DNA of 64,000 nt from an uncultured Ruficoccus sp. (lineage in GTDB: Bacteria > Verrucomicrobiota > Verrucomicrobiia > Opitutales > Cerasicoccaceae). The translations under genes were made by a program, and so were the position numbers. Shown piece by piece: positions 56,852 to 64,000 of this stretch (position 1 is the stretch's first letter; each line of letters begins with the position of its first letter). The DNA lies in contig OZ223518.1 of the NCBI GenBank assembly GCA_965140785.1, positions 32,001 through 96,000 on the forward strand. The letters are read 5' to 3'. The notes beneath the pieces are model-generated. The model searched no databases. It worked only from the letters and a program-made list of their open reading frames with translations, and was not told the DNA's origin.

Positions 56852-57325
56852 TCAGACCAAGGCCTCGATGCCTTCCCAATCTGGACCTTGCAGCTCAATA
56901 ACTGCACTGTCCTCATCAAAATCAAAAAGAAGTCTATTTTCAAGATCCTGAGTAGCCACACTAAAGATTCCTTCTCCAATTATCTCTGGTGAAAATCCCA
57001 AATCAATACTTGTAACACTCTGCAGCCCTAAGGCTCCACATGCTGCTGTCAGCTCGGTCCCTATGAACACAGGTTTTGGGTTAGCTATCTTCAGATCTTC
57101 AATAAACCGAGTAAAACCTTTGGACTGGATGTCTGTTAGTTTCACTTCAAAAGACGATTTTCCAATACCACTAAATTTCTTAATTTTTGAGTGTAAAACA
57201 TTTGTTTGATCAACCGAAAGTAACTCACCTTGGCTAACAACTCTTCCAGCAATTTCAGAAAGTTGCTCAAGATGCCGCGGCATTTGAGTCTTATAGGCTA
57301 ATTTTTTGGCAAGTTCTTTGTTCAT
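56852..57325 (-). CDS. Hypothetical AT-rich orphan, possibly toxin-immunity-like
   Basis: Markedly AT-rich 157-aa ORF; family assignment is only a guess. Confidence 0.6.
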   Translation of the reverse strand: MNKELAKKLAYKTQMPRHLEQLSEIAGRVVSQGELLSVDQTNVLHSKIKKFSGIGKSSFEVKLTDIQSKGFTRFIEDLKIANPKPVFIGTELTAACGALGLQSVTSIDLGFSPEIIGEGIFSVATQDLENRLLFDFDEDSAVIELQGPDWEGIEALV

Positions 57326-57433
57326 CTATAATTGCTCAGTAGCTTATAAATCTCAGTCGTCATCATCAACCGAAGGAAAATACGGCGTTCGGGGCGGACG
57401 GCTTGAATCCCGTATGGCGGTCCCCGGTAGTGG

Positions 57434-57928
57434 TCAGTCCTTGTCTTCGGCTTTTTGGGCGTTCTGGGCCATCATTTTTTTCAATCCAGCGGGCAGGTCC
57501 TCCTGTTTGCGCGACAGGTAGGGGCGGATGGGGACCTTGTAGGTAAAGGCGCCCTCGTAGCGGTCGTTGCCGTAATCGACCAGCACGTAGAGGTAGGGCA
57601 GAAAGGATTCCTCGATCTCGAAGCTGGTGTAGTAAATGCCCTCAGGCCATTCCTGATGCCACATGCGGGCGGTCAGCTCGGCGTCGTCGCTGCGGGGTTT
57701 CTGGATGAGGATGCGGAAGCCCTCGAAGCTTTTGCGGCGGCTCTTTTCCTCGGTATCGACACCGACCAGATAGACCTGAGCACCGTGGCGCATCTTGAGT
57801 GGGTCGATGCCCAGCCGGATGCCGGCATCCACCGCCTGGTCCGGATTGAGGAGGAGTTCCTCCCGCTCGGCGGCGGAGGCGAGATGAAGGCAGAAAAGTC
57901 CGAGCAGGGTAAGAACAACAACGCGCAT
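57434..57928 (-). CDS. Hypothetical secreted protein
   Basis: Signal peptide ending LASA; host-like codons. Confidence 0.65.
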   Translation of the reverse strand: MRVVVLTLLGLFCLHLASAAEREELLLNPDQAVDAGIRLGIDPLKMRHGAQVYLVGVDTEEKSRRKSFEGFRILIQKPRSDDAELTARMWHQEWPEGIYYTSFEIEESFLPYLYVLVDYGNDRYEGAFTYKVPIRPYLSRKQEDLPAGLKKMMAQNAQKAEDKD

Positions 57929-58057
57929 GGTGAAGAAAAACTATCATCTGCGGCCCGCCTGCCAACTCCGTTTTTATCGGCTGTGGGAGCTGATTGACAG
58001 TCACGGATTGTCTGAAACGGGGAAACGGTATTGTCATGAGCGGGGCACGCCTCATGC

Positions 58058-59488
58058 TTGGGGGCCAGTGTGAACAGCTTACATCAGGTTCTCATCTCTA
58101 TAAACGGCGTCCTTTGGGGATGGCTGCTGATCTATCTGCTGCTGGGGGTGGGGGCGTACTTCACCGTGCGCACCCGGTTCGTGCAGGTGCGGCTGCTCAA
58201 ACGCTCCTGTCAGGAGATCTTCAGCGGGATGAGGGCCGGGGACACCGGGGGGATTTCGCCGTTTCAGGCTTTCGCTACCGGGCTGGCCAGCCGGGTCGGC
58301 ACGGGCAACATCGTCGGCGTGGCCATCGCGCTTTCGCTGGGCGGGCCGGGGGCGATTTTCTGGATGTGGATGACGGCGCTTGTCGGGATGGCCAGCTCGC
58401 TGGTCGAGTGCTCGCTGGCCCAGCTTTTCAAGGTCAAGCACGGCGACAATACCTTTCGGGGCGGACCCGCCTACTATATCCAGATCGGGCTGGGGCAGCG
58501 CTGGCTGGGGATTGTTTTCGCCTGCACGCTGATTCTTTCTTTCGGTTTTGTCTTCAACGCCGTGCAGAGCAACTCCATCGCGGATGTCATGGAGGACAAA
58601 TACGGTTTCAAGAACTGGGTGCTGGGGCTCATCCTGGTGGGGTTGAGCGGCCCGGTTATCTTCGGGGGCGTGCGCAGCGTGGCCAAACTGGCCGGAATCA
58701 TCGTCCCCATCATGGCCTTTCTCTACCTGCTGGCCACGCTCTATGTTATCGTGGTTAACGTGACGGCGCTGCCGGGCGTACTGATGACGATCGTGCGTAG
58801 CGCCTTTGGGCTGGAGCAGGCGGCGGGGGGCTTCCTGGGCTTCGCCATCTCTCAGGCTATGATGCACGGTATCAAGCGCGGGCTCTTTTCCAATGAGGCC
58901 GGGATGGGCTCGGCCCCGAACGCGGCCGCCACCGCCACCACGCCGCACCCGATCTCTCAGGGGCTGCTGCAAATGCTCGGCACGGCCATCGACACCATGA
59001 TCGTGTGCACCGCTACCGCGGCCATGATTCTGCTCTCCGGGGTATACGAGCCTTCCGGGGGTACAGAAGGCGTGCGGCTTACGCTGGCCGCGCTGGAGAG
59101 CCAGTTCGGGGCGCTCGGTGGGCATTTTCTGGCCTGGGCGATTTTCTTTTTCGCGTACTCCTCGCTCATCGGCAACTACGCCTACGCCGAGGGCAATGTG
59201 GAGTTCATTAAGCGCAGCCCGGTGATGATCATCATCTTCCGCGTGCTGGTGCTGGGGATGGTATTCTTCGGCGCGGTGGGCGAGGTGCCGGTAATCTGGA
59301 GCCTGGCCGACTTCAGCCAGGCGCTGATGGCGATTATCAACCTCGTGGCCATCGTCCTGCTCTCCGGCGTCGCCATGAAGCTGCTCAAGGACTACGAGGA
59401 GCAATACGCCGCCGGTAACAAGGCCCCGAGCTTCAAGCCGGAGAGCATCCCCGAGGTCGAGGACAAGGTCCACGAAGAGGCGTGGTAG
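58058..59488 (+). CDS. Alanine/glycine:cation symporter (AGCS/AlsT family)
   Basis: GLASRVGTGNI, GGPGAIFWMW, RGLFSNEAGMGSAPNAAA. Confidence 0.95.
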   Translation: MGASVNSLHQVLISINGVLWGWLLIYLLLGVGAYFTVRTRFVQVRLLKRSCQEIFSGMRAGDTGGISPFQAFATGLASRVGTGNIVGVAIALSLGGPGAIFWMWMTALVGMASSLVECSLAQLFKVKHGDNTFRGGPAYYIQIGLGQRWLGIVFACTLILSFGFVFNAVQSNSIADVMEDKYGFKNWVLGLILVGLSGPVIFGGVRSVAKLAGIIVPIMAFLYLLATLYVIVVNVTALPGVLMTIVRSAFGLEQAAGGFLGFAISQAMMHGIKRGLFSNEAGMGSAPNAAATATTPHPISQGLLQMLGTAIDTMIVCTATAAMILLSGVYEPSGGTEGVRLTLAALESQFGALGGHFLAWAIFFFAYSSLIGNYAYAEGNVEFIKRSPVMIIIFRVLVLGMVFFGAVGEVPVIWSLADFSQALMAIINLVAIVLLSGVAMKLLKDYEEQYAAGNKAPSFKPESIPEVEDKVHEEAW

Positions 59489-59519
59489 GCCGGAGACGCT
59501 TCGCTATTCTGCTTTATAT

Positions 59520-59606
59520 CTGACACGGACGCATAGAGAAGGTAAAGAGGGGATAAAACTTATAGCTCCAAGCACCCCTCTGTGTTCTCTGTGCCCTCTG
59601 TGGTTA
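59520..59606 (-). repeat. 9-mer (CACAGAG-type) inverted-arm element
   Basis: Minus strand accacagagggcacagagaacacagagg ... cctctttaccttctctatgcgtccgtgt. Confidence 0.6.
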
Positions 59607-59624
59607 TAACATTTTGCAAAAGCT

Positions 59625-61223
59625 TTAGTCAGACGAACTCTGCGCGTCCTTGAAGCTGGCCACGACCCACTGGGAGAGTTCCTTGTCGGGGTCTTTGGCG
59701 GCGGCCTCGGTGATGGTGAACTCGGTCTTCTCGGTGTTGCGGCTGATGATCTGGAGGCCGTGCTGGAAGTCCTTGAACTTCTCCTCGCACACGGCGCGGA
59801 TAGTTTTGTCGGCCTCGGTGGCGTGGGCGATGATAACCTCGGCGGCGGCGTCCTCAAAGCTGAGGGTAAAGCCGTGGGCGTTGCGGAAGGCCTCGGTGAA
59901 GCGCGCCAGGTCGGCCTTCCAGACATCGTCCTGAAGGTGGTGGTTTTCCACGATCAGTTCCTTGAGTGCCTTGTCGGGCTCGGTCAGGGTGTCGGTGGTG
60001 ACTTCGAAGGTTTTGATCGCGGTCGAGGGCAGCTCGAACTTGTAGTTGCGGAAGAGCCGCTCCAGGACGGTCATGAGGCCGCGCGCACCGGTCTTCTCGG
60101 CGTGGGCCTGGCGGGCGATTTCCTGGATGGCCTCGGTCGTGATGTTGAAGGAGATGTCGTAGCCGTTGAAGTCGCTGCGGTACTGGTTGAGCAGCGAGCC
60201 CTCGGAGGAGGTCAGGATCTGGGCCAAATCCTCGGACTGGAGGGACTCGCAGGCCACGCGCACCGGGATGCGCCCGATGAACTCCGGCTCGAAGCCGTAT
60301 TTGATGAAGTCGGCCGAGGAGGATCGCTTCAAGTACGCGTAGGGGTCCTCGTCAGTGTCGTCGTGGCTGGCGGCGAAGCCGATGGAGGCGGTCTCGACGC
60401 GCTTCTTGACCGATTCGGCCAGCTTGTCGAAAGCGCCGCTGACGATGAAAAGGATGTGGCGGGTGCTGATCGTCTTGGGCTGCTCCTTCTTGTCGCCGCG
60501 CTGCATGGACATCATGGCCTGCATCTGGCCCATGATGTCGTTGGGGGCGAAAAGATTGACCTCGGTGTCCTCCATCAGCTTGAGGAGGTTGATCTGCACG
60601 CCGCGCCCGGAGACATCCTTGCCGCCGGTTTCGCCGGCGCTGGCGATCTTGTCAATCTCGTCGATATAAATGATGCCGTACTGGGCCAGCTCGACGTTGT
60701 TGTTGGCGGCCTTGACCAGGTCGCGGACGAGGTCCTCCACGTCGTAGCCGACGTAGCCGGTCTCGGAGAATTTGGTCGCGTCGGCCTTGATATACGGCAC
60801 GCCGATGAGCCGGGCGATGTTGCGCATGAGGTAGGTCTTACCCACGCCGGTGGGGCCGAGCAGGAGGATGTTCTGCTTGCTGTACTCGCGCTCGCGCGTC
60901 TTCGGGTTCTCCAGGCACTGACGCACGTGGTTGTAGTGGTCACAGATGGCGACGGAGAGGACTTTTTTCGCCTCGGACTGCTTGATGACGTAGCGGTTGA
61001 GGTGGTCGCGGATTTCCCGCGGTTTGAAGCTGAAGTCGCGGATGCGGCGCAGGACTTCCTCGTCTTTTTCTTTTTCCTCGGGGGGCGGAGCCTCGACGTG
61101 TTGGGGGCCGGGCTGCTGCGCGCCCATGTTGGCCATATTCGCCATGCCGGGGTTTTTCCGGAGCATGTCCTGAATTTGCTTCTGAAGTTCTTCCAGCGGG
61201 TTTTTGTCGTCTTTATCGCTCAT
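59625..61223 (-). CDS. ClpX-like AAA+ ATPase lacking the N-terminal zinc finger
   Basis: [12 protein letters not shown] pore loop, IDEIDK, IGF loop, TGARGL. Confidence 0.88.
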   Translation of the reverse strand: MSDKDDKNPLEELQKQIQDMLRKNPGMANMANMGAQQPGPQHVEAPPPEEKEKDEEVLRRIRDFSFKPREIRDHLNRYVIKQSEAKKVLSVAICDHYNHVRQCLENPKTREREYSKQNILLLGPTGVGKTYLMRNIARLIGVPYIKADATKFSETGYVGYDVEDLVRDLVKAANNNVELAQYGIIYIDEIDKIASAGETGGKDVSGRGVQINLLKLMEDTEVNLFAPNDIMGQMQAMMSMQRGDKKEQPKTISTRHILFIVSGAFDKLAESVKKRVETASIGFAASHDDTDEDPYAYLKRSSSADFIKYGFEPEFIGRIPVRVACESLQSEDLAQILTSSEGSLLNQYRSDFNGYDISFNITTEAIQEIARQAHAEKTGARGLMTVLERLFRNYKFELPSTAIKTFEVTTDTLTEPDKALKELIVENHHLQDDVWKADLARFTEAFRNAHGFTLSFEDAAAEVIIAHATEADKTIRAVCEEKFKDFQHGLQIISRNTEKTEFTITEAAAKDPDKELSQWVVASFKDAQSSSD

Positions 61224-61466
61224 GAAAGGGAATGGGAGGGTGGTTAAAGTGGGCGGTGGCGGCACGAAAGCCCGTGAAAAAGGCAGCTGCCGGCCAGGGC
61301 TGTACAGGGGTAAGTTCGGACAGGCGCGGTGTCAAAATGTAACGTCGATTTGAAAAATTGCGGCAACTAAATTGGGTTTGACATGACAGAGAGCCCGGAG
61401 GAATATCCATTCCCCATCGCATAAATATCGTTGCACCAGAGCTAAATACCTTAAAGACTACATCTT

Positions 61467-61808
61467 ATGGCCGGGAACCTTACCAAGCGGGACATCGTAC
61501 TTGCCATCTATGACAAGACAAACTTTCCGCAAAAAGAAGTCCGGGAAACGGTTCAGCTGACCCTCGACTGTATTGCTGATGCGTTGGCCGAAGGGCGTAA
61601 CGTGGAACTGCGCAATTTTGGCGTATTCGAGGTCCAGGTGCGCAAGAGCCGGATCGGACGCAACCCCAACCGACCGGAGACGGACGTGGTTATCCCCACA
61701 CGCGCGGTGATCAAGTTCAAAGCCGGTAAGGAGCTCAAGGCGGCTCTCAAGGACATCGACCTTGAGAAACTGCAGGAGCCCAAGAGCCCAGGCGGGGACG
61801 GCCTCTGA
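61467..61808 (+). CDS. HU/IHF-family DNA-binding protein
   Basis: LTKRDIV, VELRNFGVF, RIGRNP, FKAGKELK. Confidence 0.93.
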   Translation: MAGNLTKRDIVLAIYDKTNFPQKEVRETVQLTLDCIADALAEGRNVELRNFGVFEVQVRKSRIGRNPNRPETDVVIPTRAVIKFKAGKELKAALKDIDLEKLQEPKSPGGDGL

Positions 61809-61902
61809 GGGCCGACGCGGGATTTGGCCCGTGGCCCCCGGCTCGTTCCGGAGGGCCGGCGACATTGCTTTCTGGGTGGCAACGGAGCGTTGCCGCCTTT
61901 TT

Positions 61903-62520
61903 TTATACCTCGGTCTGAGGTGAGGGCGGTTGCTCCAGCAGGTCCTCGATGGGCTGGCCGTCCACAATGAGCGCTTCCAGGGCGGCGGTGCCGTCGAGGA
62001 TTTTTACCCGGGCGTAATTGTCGTCGGACCAGTTGTCGCCGTTGCGCCGGTTTTCGCGGATGGCTTCGCGGTAGCGGCGTTCGGCCTCGGGGGCGGCCTC
62101 TTCGTTCATAAAATACCGGTCGAAGGGCAGGTCAAGCCGGGCGACTTTGTGATCGTAGATCCGGCACGGCAGCCGGAGGTACGGGCCGGCAGCGGGTTTT
62201 TCGGTGGAAATCGCCTTCACCGTGGCGAAGCCGTCGGCGTCTGGCTCGAACTGTACGTAGAGCGGCTGGCGGCTTCGGGTGGGCTGGTGATTGAAGGCGT
62301 CTCCCTCGACGGGCAGCGGAGTCGGCAGTCGGCTGAGCTCGAAGTTCAGCCACACATAGCGCCCGCGAAAGGGATCGTACGGATCGCGGATGCCGGTGCG
62401 GAATTTCAGGGAGACGCCGTGCGTGAGCGCCGCCTCGTGGCGGGCGATCATGCCCGCCGGGACCGCCAGTTGAGCGGCGGCCACGGCGAGCAGCAGGATG
62501 AGCGGGAGGAACTTTTTCAT
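61903..62520 (-). CDS. GDYXXLXY-domain protein
   Basis: DPYDPFRGRYVWLNF, DRYFMNE..A..AE. Confidence 0.85.
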   Translation of the reverse strand: MKKFLPLILLLAVAAAQLAVPAGMIARHEAALTHGVSLKFRTGIRDPYDPFRGRYVWLNFELSRLPTPLPVEGDAFNHQPTRSRQPLYVQFEPDADGFATVKAISTEKPAAGPYLRLPCRIYDHKVARLDLPFDRYFMNEEAAPEAERRYREAIRENRRNGDNWSDDNYARVKILDGTAALEALIVDGQPIEDLLEQPPSPQTEV

Positions 62521-63830
62521 GAGGCAGAGTGGGGTTGGTTTTTAAAGAGACGGGCACTGATGATGTTGACCGCGATGAAGAGGCCGCCCACCAGAATGAA
62601 GCCGGTCCCCTTGGCCACGAGGCCGAAGGAGCTGTCAAAGAACCGGAACACCGCCAACGCCCCCAGCAGGAGCAGCCCAAGGTTGAGCACGAGCAGTCGC
62701 TGCCGTCGCACGCCTTCGGCGATGGTCAGGGCGCCCACGGCCAGTGTGTACAGGGTGAGAGCGATCTCCGGCCCCTGGGCTCGGGCGCCAAAGGGGGCGC
62801 TGAGTGCTGGGAGGAGAGCGTACAGGGTCAGCACGGCCAGGGGTAGTGCTCCGATTCCCAGCAGCCAGTAGTGCTTTTTCGCTACGCACCGGAGGACGCC
62901 GGCCAGCCAGGCGAGGCTCGCCACCGCGAGCACCGCGCAGCGGAGGCTATCGGTGGGCAGCGCTTCCTGGGCCCAGTGGCTGTCGAAGGAAAAAATGAGC
63001 ATATAGACGGCCAGCAAGAGAGCGCCTACCAGCGCGAAGGGGCGTTCGGCCAGCCGGGCGTCTTTGCGCTGGTCGAGCAGGAACCCGGCGGCGAAATACG
63101 TGGTGAAAAGCAGTGGCCAGCCGGCATGGACTGTGTTGTCGGTCCAGAACCACAGCGCCAGCGGGGCGGAGAGAGCCAGCGCCCACTTATTCATCCCGGA
63201 CTGGACAGGGTGGTCCGGGTGGTGGCGAATCCAGAAATAATAGGGCAAGAGCGCGGCGAAGAGCGCCGGGATCCAGGTAAGGGCGGGCAGGTGGTTGTCC
63301 ATCGCATAGCCGCCCCAGCACAGCAGCCCGATCTGGCACAGCCAGAAGCCCAGCCCCGACCGCAGCAGGTAAACCGCCGGCAGGGCCAGCGCGAACCACG
63401 TCAGCATGAACTGCGCGAAGTCGCCCCCGATCTGGTAGGTCTGGGCGATCAGTCCGATTGCCGCCCCGATGGCCAGAATGAGCCCGCCGCAGACGCTTTC
63501 TCGCACGGCGGCGGAGTCTTTCCAGCGCCACAGGGTCAGCGCAGCCAGCGTCTGCATCACGACCAGTGGAAGCAGGGCCAGGGCCGCGCGGACGGGGCGG
63601 TCGAGGTTGTCCCAGTTGTAGGCGAACAGCGAGATCACCCCGGCGCCGATCAGGCACGCGCCGAAGGCGGATACGAGGATGACGCCGAGCTGGCGAGCCC
63701 GGCTGGGCGAGCTTGCGTAGCGGGCGCGAAGTTTATCGGCGGCGCCGGGCGTGAGAAGGCCCTCTTGTTCCCAGGCGGGGAGCTCCTGATCCAGCCAGCG
63801 TAGAGTGTGTGAGTGGGGGATGATAGGCAT
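62517..63830 (-). CDS. DUF2157-domain membrane protein
   Basis: W..EGLL......LRARY, FAYNWDNL, GAAIGLIAQTYQI; start uncertain. Confidence 0.85.
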   Translation of the reverse strand: MPIIPHSHTLRWLDQELPAWEQEGLLTPGAADKLRARYASSPSRARQLGVILVSAFGACLIGAGVISLFAYNWDNLDRPVRAALALLPLVVMQTLAALTLWRWKDSAAVRESVCGGLILAIGAAIGLIAQTYQIGGDFAQFMLTWFALALPAVYLLRSGLGFWLCQIGLLCWGGYAMDNHLPALTWIPALFAALLPYYFWIRHHPDHPVQSGMNKWALALSAPLALWFWTDNTVHAGWPLLFTTYFAAGFLLDQRKDARLAERPFALVGALLLAVYMLIFSFDSHWAQEALPTDSLRCAVLAVASLAWLAGVLRCVAKKHYWLLGIGALPLAVLTLYALLPALSAPFGARAQGPEIALTLYTLAVGALTIAEGVRRQRLLVLNLGLLLLGALAVFRFFDSSFGLVAKGTGFILVGGLFIAVNIISARLFKNQPHSAS

Positions 63831-63865
63831 CGGGGGTGCGGACTTTAGATTCACATCCTTCTTAT

Positions 63866-63882
63866 AGAAAGCGTCGTGCCAA
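63866..63882 (-). promoter_or_regulatory. Candidate sigma-54 promoter
   Basis: Minus strand TTGGCACG-ACGC-TTTCT (perfect -24, imperfect -12). Confidence 0.3.
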
Positions 63883-63966
63883 TGTTATGCGGATTGTTTT
63901 TAGTGTGTTGATTGTGAGTGGCTTGTGTTTTTTTTGGTATAGAGATGAGCTTCTTGGACGTTTTTG

Positions 63967-63987
63967 ATCAGACATAAAATGTCTGAT
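63967..63987. promoter_or_regulatory. Palindromic operator candidate (GntR/FadR-like)
   Basis: ATCAGACAT-AAA-ATGTCTGAT perfect inverted repeat. Confidence 0.5.
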
Positions 63988-64000
63988 AGATGGCTTTATT

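Noticed and set aside
57929..58057. Glycine riboswitch upstream of the AGCS symporter
   Set aside because: The spacer is short and lacks the conserved aptamer motifs.

Overview
GC-rich bacterial chromosomal segment. PEP-CTERM, prepilin/H-X9-DG, DUF1800/DUF1501 and long SSS-transporter genes suggest Verrucomicrobiota/PVC, probably Opitutia (inference only). It is mostly housekeeping: recN, tRNA-Val(GAC), system II cytochrome c biogenesis, ychF, an EmrAB-like pump, rpsP-trmD-rplS-rplI, clpP, an Irr/Fur-like regulator heading sufC-B-D-T, queF/D/C, trxB-ahpC, tatD, alr, tsaB, rpoN, a Ser/Thr kinase, erpA, menG/ubiE, an AGCS symporter, an atypical ClpX and HU. No transposase, integrase, phage or CRISPR-cas genes are visible. 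The most unusual material is intergenic: (1) a ~140-nt four-hairpin element in two diverged copies with compensatory changes and a completely replaced palindromic core, plus two 2-hairpin derivatives; (2) a four-helix-bundle plus alcohol-dehydrogenase cassette inside the suf operon, bracketed by inverted 8-mer arrays, with 'empty' 7/8/9-mer arrays elsewhere; (3) GTAG-type REPs, one amplified into a 6 x 44-bp tandem array; (4) a CTAG-flanked MITE-like element; (5) unannotated small ORFs, including a Cys-containing 28-aa ORF with its own terminator upstream of the suf operon. There is also a family of four tiny acidic lipoproteins and a series of AT-richer single orphan genes wedged into operons. 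All calls come from reading the sequence by eye; no database searches were run.
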